From the NCBI GenBank assembly GCA_010093815.1, contig ML996574.1: DNA of 64,000 nucleotides; one strand, written 5' to 3'. Every line of letters starts with the position of its first letter. Position 1 is the stretch's first letter. The notes under the pieces are model-generated. The model did not search any database. It worked only from the letters and a program-made list of their open reading frames with translations, and was not told the origin of the DNA. This document shows positions 10,905 through 23,204 of this stretch, piece after piece. The stretch comes from Pseudovirgaria hyperparasitica (lineage: Eukaryota). The translations under genes were made by a program, and so were the position numbers.

Positions 10905-11398
10905 TTATCCATAAAGGCAGCGTGACCCAGAATGCTGACACCGCTAGCTCCGATGAGCCAGAGGACAGTTGCTAAGGGCGAAGAAATAAATGCAAGTGGG
11001 ACGGAAATGCAGATGAGTACGGTGTAGAGCTGCGAAGTCGTAGCACGCACGAAGCCGACATCGAGGTCTTGGCCTTGGAGCTTGCCAATTCCGTACATTC
11101 CACCAACCACAAGGAAGATGAGGAATAGGAGTTTGAGGTTCGTTAGAAGGCTGTAGATCGAGAGCATGACAAAGACAACGGCGTAGTTGCTAGAGAAGTA
11201 TCCCAAGTTGTAATTGACTCTGCTTTGGACTTCGCCGAAATTTTGAGGCTTCGAAACACGCTTCACATCGAGAAATTCGCCAATGGGCTTGAGGTTGGAG
11301 AACCGGCTCCCCAAGGACTGGGTGCGAATGCCATCGAAGCGACCGGAGAGGTTCAGACGCGATGTGATGGCGTCGAGAGGGATGTTGATGCGCGACAT
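10868..11398 (-). CDS. YIP3: Prenylated Rab acceptor PRA1-family protein Yip3
   Basis: 176-aa intronless ORF with RVNYNLGYFSSNY, two hydrophobic hairpins and HAAFMDKPIESAFSEEAV*. Confidence 0.93.
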   Translation of the reverse strand: MSRINIPLDAITSRLNLSGRFDGIRTQSLGSRFSNLKPIGEFLDVKRVSKPQNFGEVQSRVNYNLGYFSSNYAVVFVMLSIYSLLTNLKLLFLIFLVVGGMYGIGKLQGQDLDVGFVRATTSQLYTVLICISVPLAFISSPLATVLWLIGASGVSILGHAAFMDKPIESAFSEEAV

Positions 11399-12465
11399 CG
11401 TGAAAGAGGATTAAAATCTAATAACTTTGGTATTATTAGCAGAGGTTCTCGGTAGTGACCATCGCGCAATGTCTCAAGCATGAGACGAGATGGAGGCTGA
11501 AAAAGGCACATACGTCTCAAAGAGGATTACAAGAACGACAAACGCGCGAAGACAGAGCAGTGTCGACGCAGGTGAACAACGAGCGACAGGCGACGGCGAT
11601 GATGGTGCAGTGAAGATGAAAGAAGTGAAGATGGGAATTGATAGGGGTAGCGACAAGTACAAAATTAGAACAGGCGACGGTGCGAAGTTAACGGCGTGGA
11701 AAAGTTGTTTTAAGCTTTAGTGAGGAAGGACGCGGATCTCCTGAGCCATCAGACACCTGGCCTGACAGCCTGACAGCCTGACAGCCTTGAAGCCTGAGGG
11801 CGATAATCTCCTCACCGTGCTAGGCCGTTTCGGGGTGTAATTGTAAGCACCAGCAGGAACACGAAAACACACGAAATGCTTTCCACGGCGTGACAGACAG
11901 AACAGACAGCAGGCTTCATTCAGGATCTGCTCAGTTGTAGAGTGTAATTCAGTGCAGGGTACAAGTATCAAAGTTTGAAGAGACAGTGATGCAACAACAC
12001 ACATACCACGTACCTTGGAGCTGTCGGTGTGTTGTCCTCAGATATGGCTGACCATTGCAGTGTCCTGCCTATGCACCGCAGCGGCGCCGGAGGTCCGAAA
12101 CGGCGGTAAACACGCTCAATGCAGTGTACTTTGAGCTGCAACCGAGTAAAACAAAGGACGGTGAGGAGGAGAGGTGAAGTTGGCGGTAGACGTCTACGTT
12201 CTGGGGGCGCGGCGGCCTTTTTATCACTCTATGTGTACCAAAAGTTGACTTCTGCATACTGTGCGCCTGATTGGGCCACGTTCGGCATCGTCTGGGGATG
12301 GTCCTGGAAGTCCTAGGGGTTTTAGCGCAGCCTGCCACCGCCCGGGCCCCGGCTTCTGCTCGCCAAAACTTCACAAGCACAAAGCCTAGAGCCATGTCCA
12401 CTTTTCCACTCGGCTCGTGAATCGTGTCTTCTATTTTCTCTCGACAGCCACTCATCCTCTCAACG

Positions 12466-13860
12466 ATGAGGTCCTCATTGCTGCCACTGCTGTTGGTAGC
12501 CCTTGCGGCGCTCGTCGCTGCTTGGAGCAAGGAAGGTCAGTCAACCTAATTCATCTCAATCGCGATGCACTGGAGTTCAAGAGTCCCTGTGTATCTTGCC
12601 AAAATTTCTCGAATCGCAATTGCTTCAAACCATCTCGTCTAAGCTGCAACAAAATACTGACACTGTCTTCCAGACCATGAGATCTTCCGCCTCCACGACG
12701 AAGTCACTGCCCACGAAGGCGCAAACACGACCTTCTACTCCTTCATTGGCGTCTCGCCCTCCGCAACCCAGGACGAGCTCAACAAAGCCTACCGCAAGAA
12801 GTCGCGCTCACTACACCCGGACAAAGCTGTACGTAGCTGGGAAGCTGAATACGCGCTGAAGCACAAAAAGTCCCAGAAAGGCACCAAGCCTGGCGTCAAG
12901 GTTTCGAAGGGACCCTCCAAGAAGGAACTCGAGAAATACCGTGTCGAAGCCTCTGAGCGCTTCGCCCGTCTTGGTCTTGTCGCTGGCGTGCTGCGTGGCC
13001 CTGGTCGCGATCGCTACGACCATTTTCTCCGCAATGGCTTCCCGACATGGCGCGGCACCGGGTACTACTACGCACGCTTCCGGCCCGGGCTGGGCAGTGT
13101 CTTGTTCGGACTGTTCATTGTCGGCGGCGGTTTCGCGCATTATGGTGCCATGTTACTGAGCTGGAAGCAGCACCGCGAATTTGTGGAGCGCTATGTCCGA
13201 CACGCGAGACGTACGGCGTGGGGTGACGAGACGGGAATCCAGGGGCTGGACAACATTGGCGAGACGGTCGCTGCACCACCACCAGCGCAGCCACAGCAGA
13301 GCGAGGAGGCAGACGGCATGCAGCTGCTAAACCGTCGACAAAAGAGACAGCAGGAAAAGGAGGACAAGAAAGCAAGCAAGAAGCCCGGCGGCAAGAAGAG
13401 CGGCAATGGATCGAGCACACCGCGCGGGTCGGGCGTGTCCACGCCCGTGTCTGCGCCCGTCGATGCAACACTCACGTCAGGTCCGGTTGGCGCGAAGAAG
13501 CGCGTGCGCGCCGAGAACGGCAAGACTCTCGTCGTCGACTCTGTCGGCAACGTCTATCTCGAGGAAACGACCGAGGACGGCCAGACGCACGAGTATCTGC
13601 TCGACCCCGAGGAGATCCCACGTCCGTCCATCTACGACACGCTCGTATTCCAGGCGCCGAAATGGGCGTGGCGGAAGTCTGTAGGGAAATTCTTCACTAG
13701 CAGCGACGCTGAGCCCGACTCGCCCGTTGATGAGCCGACTGTCTTGACTCCGACGACGAGCGAGGACGAAGCGGTCGAGAAGCTGAAGGGCGCCATGGCC
13801 GCAAACCCGAACAGCGAGGCCAGGAAGCGCAATGTAAAGAACCGCGCGCACAGGAAATAG
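12466..13860 (+). CDS. ERJ5: ER-type DnaJ (J-domain) membrane protein, Erj5-like; exons 12466-12535 and 12674-13860
   Basis: Signal peptide [20 protein letters not shown], then SKE|DHEIFRL, a J-domain with [31 protein letters not shown] and a TM segment. Confidence 0.85.
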
Positions 13861-14794
13861 CGCGCGTGCGAAGGCTCAGTAGAGTCTTTGTATGTGTCAC
13901 AAAAAAGTGTTTTTGTTTTCGCCCATGTACAGTTTCACCCATAGTGTGTATACATAGAACTTGCCAATTGTATGTATTGCTACAGACAGGTCCTGTGTGC
14001 GTGATCTCCGTTATCGTTTCACCCGTCAAAGTACATCAATAATCCCATCCTTCCGCTCGCTAAGAAGAATTCTAGCCATCCGCCATCCATCATCATCATC
14101 CTCATCCTCGTCATCATCAATCAATCAAGTAGTACAACAACAACAACAACAACAACGACACAAGCAAGAGCGCTGAATCTGGAATCATAATCTAAACCAA
14201 GACTCTTCAAGTATCAAAAGTAAGCATAACAACGAATGAAAATTCCAAAGCACAAGAAAAGAGAAGATCCACACAGTCCCGTTGGATCTTGCATGATAGA
14301 TAAATAAACGAGCAAACAAGCAAGCAAGCATAGAAGAAAGACATGACGCAAACGACGATAAATAAAGACAACAACGACAACACCGAACAAGGGCAGGCAA
14401 AAAAAGGTATCAAACCAGCAAAACAACAGAAAACCGCTTGAAAGTACAGGTTTCATGAGGAAACTGACCATGGTGATGCGATACACGCGGCCAGACAGAG
14501 CCCATCCATATCCTACACAGCCAACAACGCGGCCTAAGTGACTCACAGTCTGCGCGGAACGCCTGCCCCTGATAAGGTAAGGTAGACGCTGCGAGGTAAG
14601 AACGAAATAAACAACCAAAGCAGACCCAAAACCAAAGAAAAAGGGGGTAACGGGGGAGAGAACGAGTAAGACAGCACAACCGCACACGCCGAGAAAAAAG
14701 AAAAAGCACTGCCGAACCCTGTTCAGAAAGCTAGTAACAACAGACTTGATTGCGGAAAAGAGTAAAGGTGGAAAAGGGGTAAGAGGCAACGTCC

Positions 14795-15711
14795 TCAGAC
14801 GAAAAGTCTCGCGAGCAAGCGGTCGAAAAACCCAGTCATGTCAGTCCCTTTCTCCGTCTTCCGCTCGCCGAGATACTCTCGCGCGTCAGCGAGGGCGCTG
14901 CGCACACCACTCACGAAGCTGGCCTCGGCAGTAGCGCTGTCGTCGACTCTGGCCTGTGGTGCGGACGCTGCGGACAGCGCGATAGGGGCAGGGGCATGGG
15001 CGGCTCCCTGCACTAGGTCACCAAACGAGTAGGTGTGTTGGTGGTGAGTAGGGCGGAGGGAATGGAAAGACGAGATTGTTGGGACGAGGGGGGCTGGGTG
15101 TACGGGCTGGGCAGGCAAGGCGAGTTTCTCGTGGCAGCCGCCGAAGCAGTTGCGGTAGAAGCGCAGGATGGCGTTGATGGCGCCGTCGTTGATGTCGACG
15201 ACGCTGCTGTGGGGTGTTGATAGACCAGTTGTGGAGAAGGAGGAGGAGGAGGTCGAGGATGTGGAGATGTTAGATGTGGTGGAGAAGTTACGTCGCATGG
15301 CAGGCATTGGGTCGATGTTCTTCCGGTCTTTCATGTGAGCGTGATACTCCTCCTTTGCAGCCTTGTAGTGGATGCTTTCCATGGCCATCAAGAGCACTGC
15401 CATCGATGCCAGGACGACGGGCCATTGGTTGCATTGACGGCTGAGTGCAATACGCTCGAGACGGGTGAGCAGGTTTCGAAGAAGTTTGGAGGCAAGGACT
15501 GGGACTTCGGCACCAAGCTGGCCACGGACGAAGCAAGGAGTTGGACAAGCCGCGAGGCTGGAGTCAACAGAGTGTAAGGTACCACGAATGATGCTACGGA
15601 CATTCTGGTCTGAGACCGGGATAACGGCGCCGTCAGCCATGTGTGTGAGCACAAGGAACTTGAGAGCAACTAATAGGATGACAGGCTGTTGCACATATGA
15701 GTATACCATCT

Positions 15712-15754
<43 letters not shown>

Positions 15755-17379
15755 TATGGAACTGACTCTGCCTATTTGCACATAAAAGTGGTAGATATTG
15801 CTCAGCACCTTCAGGGGGCTCTGATATAGAGGAAATGACTGGAAATGCTCGTTGACGAGCAGTGTAAGGTGTGCATCTAACTGCCACTGAGCCCCATCTG
15901 TTGAGGCTAGTACGACAGGAAGAACTGCATGGTACAACTCTGTACCATTCGCAGAGGTTGATCCAGGTATTGGAGGCCAAGGGTAGACGATGTGTCGATG
16001 GATTAGCTTGTCAAGCTCTAATGGCCACACGACTTTCATCGGGAGATACATAGAAGGACCAAAGCCCAGGCTGAGAGGCAAGATGTAAACATTAGGAGCA
16101 ACAACATAGGTCCCAGGACCAAGAAACTGATCAAGGCTGCGGTGGCTGGGGTGCCAGGTCAATTGATCTAGTTGCAAGTGGAGTGATCAGCACTAAGCAC
16201 TGGAACATACGAATAGCGAAGCACATGTCCAGTTTGGTTGGAGATGGAAAATGCTTCGAATGTATCGACAGGACATTAGTCCAGCTACGACTAAAGCAGA
16301 TCTCTCTACCAGAGCATCGCCAGAGAGCACATCTGACGTCACTTATAGCAGTTCCTTGGTTCTACTGTGTTGCTGGACTATTGTCCTGGACTTCTTCGAA
16401 AGAAAATGTGACTGAATAAAGAGAAGGAAAAGAGTCGAATGGAATAGAGTAGACCTACTAGAAAGCAGGACGCCAGCGATGTCCTCAAGGAAACTGCCTC
16501 TACAAGGCTGAAGAAGCAGATCGCATTTGAAGTGCTCGACACAGCTCTTACATGGTGTTCCTGGATCGCACTGACAACAAGATAAGTAAGGATAAGTCGA
16601 CCAAATGAGCTGGAGAGTGACGTTAGGAAGCCCACCTTCTCTTTGCGGCGGCGACATGAGTCGCAGGCTCCGATGATACGCATAGCCGCTGCCTCCTTGC
16701 GCGCGATTGGGGAAAGACCACCAGTGCGGCCACGATTTTTCCGGACAACTCCATGGCTATTTGCAGAAAAGGTCACCAGACGTCCAGTCTTGCCCTCGTC
16801 GGGCTTGTACTGGATCCATTTCTGGGCTGAGGCGGAGCTGGCACCGAAAGATGTTCGACGACGTCGCTGTTTGGTCTGCGTTGCCCGTGGAATGCTGATC
16901 GGGGTGGATTCTGCATGTCTTTCAGCGGGTGTAAATTCAGGCGTCTTGGGACGAGACGGCAGGACCAGTTCGTTGTTATCAAAGGACCCAGGCGCACTGT
17001 TCACATTGAAGTAGCCAGGGAATACGCTTTCATCCTCGAGCAGATTCGCGGAATGATATGATGCTTGGTTCGACGTCTGAAACGAACTTGCATTTGTTAA
17101 CGGAGGAGGCATCGACCATGAGTAAGTCGGCACATCCTCATACGACGAAGCACCAGAGAAGGTGTAGCTCATAGGAAAGCTCGCACCACCAGGACCAGCA
17201 GGGAGATGATCTGACAGACCAGAGCTCCCATCGCCAGAGCGGTGTATGTGTGCTTCATTGTCCAAATCGACAAGGCCTTGCCAGTCCGTATCGTCAAGCT
17301 GGAAGGTATCGTCGAAGTTGAGTTCGGGATTGGACGGTCTGCTGTCCATAAAGCGACTGGCGTTGAGCTGCCATGTCAT
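14795..17379 (-). CDS. Zn2Cys6-domain transcription factor-like protein, multi-exon (start uncertain; may be the downstream MDSRP ATG)
   Basis: GACDSCRRRKEK|CDPGTPCKSC is split by an intron. Long N- and C-terminal exons (16378-17379, 14795-16177) are joined by GT-AG introns. Confidence 0.75.
15715..15750 (+). repeat. (GA)18 microsatellite, probably intronic
   Basis: Direct read. Confidence 0.95.
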
Positions 17380-18121
17380 TGGTTAGCTTTGGCCTGTTAC
17401 TATAAGGTAGTAGGGGAGTACAGTGCATGGGGCTAAGTTTTAAGTTGGAGGGGGCGACAAACTCAAGCGATTGGCCGTGAAGGTTAGGGATCCTTGTAAG
17501 TGGATAGAGGTGCGTCAGACGTGGGTTAGGTAGCTAATATTGGATCAATAGCAACTAGGAATAACAAAAGTAGGTTGATTTGAGGTTGAAGGTAAGAGAT
17601 GCGTGCAATGAGACGGTAGCTGGGAAGAGAAATAGAAAGAGAAGAAGCTCATCCCTTATACTGGTCGTGTCACCTTGCAAGTGAGGCGGCATAGGCAGCA
17701 ATCTGGCGTGCTAAGAGGGGAAGAAGGCATCGGTAAAGGCCGCACAAGCACAGCTCAGCTCGGCTTATCGAAGTCCAGCGTGCGCAACGACAAAATACAA
17801 CGACAACAACGTGGGATGGACGGCCGGTCTTGACAAGACGAAATCATATAACTAACAACAGATTATGAACGGCGCCGTCGGCCTCTTTCTCGGCTACATG
17901 ATCCAACACCAACGCTGACCGGTCATGGATCTCGAGTTGACGTAGCCACGGCAGGTTTGACTTTACACCGGAACTGACAGTGGGTTGAAACGAGGTGGCA
18001 GGGCTGTAACACCAATCGGCTCCAAGCTTCTGATCATGACATCGCAACGTCTGTTGCCCGTGGCTTTCCGGCTTCTTCCTCCATCCACTAGCCAAAATGC
18101 ATCCGAGGGAGCAGAGCCTCC

Positions 18122-19784
18122 TCAAAGACCCCACTCTACAGCCTGGCTCTGGCCTTTCGCAGCACGTAGGGCTAATGGTGGGAACACGAATCCTCTACTG
18201 CTAATTGACTCATCTTGCATGTCTAGGGCGCTTCTTGGCTGGGCGGATTGAGCCTTGCGGGATGCAACGGTCTGCGCACGCTGCTGATCGCTCAGTAACT
18301 TATCCACCTTGACGAACGGTGTATCCGTGCCCGGGTCCGGATCTGAGCCCATGTCCTCGCGCAGAATCTTCACAGTACTGCAAGCATGTGATTAGTATGG
18401 ACGGCCGGCTATCAACGGGGTGAACTTACTGCTTGAACGCGCGCCAGAACTCGTATCTGTCCAGGTCGTCTTCCATGTCATCATCGGTATCGACAATGCT
18501 GGAATCATCGTCATTGTGCTTATTCGCAATCTCTAGAAGAGTCGTCACAAAAGCCTCCTTCAAGTACGCGAAGCTGAATCCGGCTGTAATCCCAGCAATG
18601 GCGCTGCATAGGCTTTTGGGAAACTCCATCTGCTCCTTGAGCTTCTGGTACCAGTAGAGGGAGTACAGACGCCTCTCCTCCTTGTTTGGGAGAGGGAAGA
18701 GATATTTCCTGTCGAAGCGGCTAGGTCGCTTTGAAAGTCCAGGATCTAAACGATCCAAGTAATTAGTACTGGCCACCATCAATAGTCCATCATTACTCTC
18801 CAACCCGTCTACTTCATTGAAGAAATAGCTGCGAGTTTGCTCGGTGACGATCGTTTCGATGTCTTCAAGTACGAGCAGACATGGTGCGAGCTTCCGGACC
18901 ATGTTGAAGACGTCGCCGATGTTGTACGTATAAGGTGCTGATTTGACGTATAGTGCCTCGACGCCTCTCTCAATCATCTCTTTCATCATTGCTTTGATCG
19001 AGATTGTCTTGCCTGAATCGTGCATCAGTCTGTTGATCTAGATAGGCTCTGAAGTCCGAAGCTTACCGTTTCCCACTGGGCCGTGGAAGATAAGCCCCCG
19101 TTTCCAAGGTACCCCGTACCGCTTGTACACATCCTCGTTATCGAAGAATTTCTTTGAGACAGATCTTAGATCCTTCTTCTTCTTTTCATCTAGGATAACA
19201 TCTTTCCAATCTGCTTTCTGTACCTGCTCCCACAGGCTAGTATCTTTCCTCCAGTAGCCGTCATACACCCAAATCCCATTGGCCTTCTTTGTGACCCATT
19301 CTCCTATGGTACGAATGAGTTTATCGGTGATCGACGAATGAGACTGTGCCGTCTCTTCGCGCACGGGTTCCTTCAAGATGAATTGTGTCGTGCCCCCCAA
19401 CGGATCAGTATAAACCGTGTAGAGAATAAAATATTCATCATTCCACCTGTAGTTGTAGCGAGCGAACAAGTTCGCATCGGCTAGATATCCAGTACCGTCA
19501 CCTCTAGGTGGCGGCGGAACAAACCCTCTCAAGCGAACGACAGGCTCTACGGCAGAGTCCAAGGTTGCAGTCGCAAACCCTGCTGCGGCAAATTGTAGAA
19601 GGTTGACATTAGTCCCCGGAACAGCGGTCACTATGAGATCTGGATGCTTCTGTTGCAAAGCGACTATAAGCTGTACGTCAATGCTGGCGTATGACGATGA
19701 CCAGCCTTTCTGAAACTCTTTGTATACTTGCGGTTGATGGGAACCCTCGTCCTCGATGATCGTGAATGGCTCCGAGGTCGACAT
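18122..19784 (-). CDS. AAA+ ATPase of unknown function; 3 exons
   Basis: Walker A GPVGN|GKT across intron 19066-19013, Walker B LVLEDIE, second region of homology ASTNYLDRLDPGLSKRPSRFDRK. Confidence 0.9.
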
Positions 19785-20382
19785 TATATAACGACGACTG
19801 CTGGATTCGTATTATGCGCGCTGATGCCAGAGTTCTGTGATGCTAACGAAGGCGTTTAGGCTTACCGATGGTGTTCTTGGCACCGGCGAGTATGATGACG
19901 GAGTGAACTCTAGGGGACTCTCACCCATTTATGTTGTCGTCTAATCACGATCAAGCTGCAGCCTAAAGAGAAGGATCAGTTTTCGATTCACATGTGAGTG
20001 ATGATTGGTCAACTGTGGCGACGTGTTGTTCTAAAGCAGGTTAGCGAACTGGAATGTACAGATGAGGTGGGGATGGGCATCCATCCATGTGGTCTAAGCG
20101 TTAACGGCCTCTCCTTCCTCTTTCGGATCACAATCGATAAATTGCAGCATCTAAGAGAATTATGGCAACAATAATGATGCGATTGGGACTGATCGTTCCT
20201 TGGTATATGACATCGCCACCAGATACTCGACGCTAAGTCATGCTTTGTATCCAGACATACCGGAGTATGTTCTGTTTGACTGCGACCAAGAAAAATCCTT
20301 CCCTCGCTCCGTGCGCCATTAGTAAAGAAGGCATACAAGCCATTTGGTATATTAATCTCATCCATCCAGCATAGGCATTCGC

Positions 20383-21832
20383 CTATGCCCTGCTCAAGTT
20401 CTCACCTTCCTCTTGCTTCTGCAGACCATATTTCTTCAGGCGGATACTTTGGATTCCAATGAATCCAGTAGTATCGACCGGGCTGAAGTTGTCAAGGGAG
20501 TCCATAGATGCCTCCTCTGCAGAGTAAAGCTTTTCTGTCTCAGAAGAACGTCCTAGGACGAAGACGTTTCCTTTGTAAAGGCGAAGGCGGACCTCACCGT
20601 TGACACGCTTCTGCGCGAAGAGGAGGCTGTTCTCCACGAATTCGCGCTCTGGTGAGAAATACATGCCATTGTAAAGCAGCTCAGACCACTTATGAGTTAC
20701 AAACTGGTCACGGATGGAACGAACTTGGGCATCAAGTACGAGGCCTAGAGAATATCAGCGAGAGCACCAATGCAAGATCTATACACATACCCTCAAGATC
20801 GAGATGAGCCCAACGAAGAATTGTCATCGCAGGGGAGTCGTAGCAGCCACGGCTCTTGAGACCGATGAAACGGTTCTCCACGATGTCAATTCGACCAACC
20901 CCATGCTTCTTACCGATCTCATTGAGCTTCTTGAACAAAGTTACGGACTCGGACTCCTCGCCACCTGGGTAAACAATCTTGGTGGGAATGCCTTTCTCGA
21001 AACTGATGGTGACATCCTCGTGCTCGTTGGGAGCTTTGAGTGGATCGTCAGTCATTGTCCAGACATGCTCTGGAGGAGTGATTGCCGGATCTTCCAAGAT
21101 ACCAGCCTCATATGAGCAGTGAGCCAGGTTGGCATCCATAGACCAAGGTTTAGCTTTGGTGGATGTGACGGGAATACCCTGTTGGGCAGCATAGTCTAGA
21201 AGGGCTTCACGACCAGCAAAGCGTTCAAAGAATTTAGGATCCCTCCATGGAGCGATGACTCGAATGTCGGGACGAATAGTGTAGAAGGCAAGCTCGAAAC
21301 GAACCTGGTCGTTTCCTTTGCCAGTGCAGCCATGAGAGACGAAGTCACATTTCTAGGGTTCAATCAGCCTGGACCCCCTCGCGCAACAACGGTTTTACGA
21401 ACCTCACGCTCAGCAGCACGCATCTGGGCCCTAGCAATGACAGGACGAGCAAGACTGGTTCCAAGAAGGTAGCGCCCCTCATATTGAGCGTTACACTGGA
21501 CAGCTCGGAAGCAAAGCTCGTCGACAAATTCTTTTTGGAGGTCTTCGATAATCATCTTCTTGGCACCAAGCTTGATGGCCTTTTTTTCCACTTCGTCCCA
21601 TGGCTCATCCTGTCCAACGTTTGCCAGAAATGCGACCACCTCATAACCTTCCTCTTTCTCGAATGTCAGCTTTGTAACAGTGGACGGGGGATCGATTCGT
21701 ACCGATAAGCCATCTTAGAATACAGCTGGTATCAAGGCCACCTGTCAGCGTAAGGATTAGAGACTATCTCCGGTGAACGTTTAACCTGGCGGACCTACCT
21801 GAGTACGCCAAACAGACACGTCCTTTGGCCAT
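20383..21832 (-). CDS. ARG1: Argininosuccinate synthase; 5 exons
   Basis: MAKGRVCLAYSGGLDTS, YLLGTSLARP, SHGCTGKGNDQVRFE, DIVENRFIGLKSRGCYDSP. Canonical introns. Confidence 0.97.
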
Positions 21833-22071
21833 TTTGCAAATTCGCTGGATATCAGATGACTGGAATCTAAAGGGTCGCGGCCAGGTGTATGCTTTAAGAG
21901 GTACGATTTTGAGCAAAATTTGCGAAAAATTTCAGTCGTGAGCGCTCGATTGTAAGACTACAAGGTCTATACAGGGTGCGGGCTTGCTGAGTGGTTCTGA
22001 TTGCGGCGTGCGGGGCCAATTGATGAAGTTGGGTCTGCTATGAATGTTTTCACAGAGAAAAATTTAGTTCC

Positions 22072-22078
22072 GAGTCAT
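22072..22078 (-). promoter_or_regulatory. Possible Gcn4/CpcA recognition element upstream of ARG1
   Basis: ATGACTC on the minus strand ~240 bp upstream of the ARG1 ATG. Arginine biosynthesis genes are classic cross-pathway-control targets. Confidence 0.4.
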
Positions 22079-23204
22079 CATGGATGCCGCATCACTGGAA
22101 GTTGTGGGGTGAGACGGCGAAGCTAGGCTAGTGTCACATAGCTGCATGCACTAAGATAAGGCACCCAAGCAAGGAGCGATTCTTATTACCTTCTTATCGA
22201 TGGCCATGCTGCCTACGACCTGTTATAGAAGTTGTATATAAACGATTTAGAATGTATTATGGTGTTCCATCATGGAGTTTTACCTTTGCGAGTCAAGCAA
22301 AAAGCCTAAAATCCTGGTTTCAAGACTAGTAAACCATATATTTTCGATATCTTGAAGGGACTACCAGGAGGTTCAGACGATGGATATGCATTTCAACCAA
22401 GATTTCTACTATAATCCCAACGATGGACGACTGACGAGACGATGACAGCAGATGTATCAAGCCTACAATCTCGAATTGGTGGGTCGGCGAACAAGAACCA
22501 GCCAAGCACCAGTAGGTGGACATCGCGAGCTGAACCTTAAACCGGCCTCAACTCAATCTCGGCGTCCAGCAGCCTGCCATCCATTCCCAGACGACGCAGA
22601 GCCTGCCATTCCCACTGATCCCAACAAGATCCAGCAGGTTTCTTTCATTATGCATAAGACGCATTGCTCCAGACAAGCTCGCGCCACAATCTCTCGTCAG
22701 CCAACCAGAGAGCCCAGCCACCCTTTGACGCAAGCCCTCCGCCCCACTATCCTGCCTCCATCCCGGCTCTCCCCAGCCAGCTTGTTTATGATGTGAGCTG
22801 GGATGGCTACAGAGCCCACCGCCTGTCTTTCACACTCCTCGGGTCTGTTTTCAACTGTTACTGCTATTGTTACTGCGATCCTAGTTCTACCCTGTATATA
22901 CTGACATTTACCTGGTAATTTCGTTTTCATGGCGTCACGACTTTAGGGTTGGTACCAAGCTTCTTGCCTTGTCCCACTGGGACTGTTCATCTCATTTCTG
23001 CATTCACTTTCGTTCTTGCCATGAGTATACAGGTAATTCTACAAATCCCCAACTCCGCTGCTGGAGGAGTGCGGCTTGCTTTGCATTGCTAATTCTCCGA
23101 AGAATCCTACCACTCCACCATGCCCTCCGCATAGCCCCTCACTGTCTCGCAACAGCCTTCTTCAAGCCATCGACTATTCCAAGATAATATAACCCAAGAG
23201 CACC

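Noticed and set aside
14214..14789. 191-aa hydrophobic minus-strand ORF just after the TF stop
   Set aside because: T-rich low-complexity 3' UTR sequence (Phe/Leu/Val/Cys bias) with no family features.
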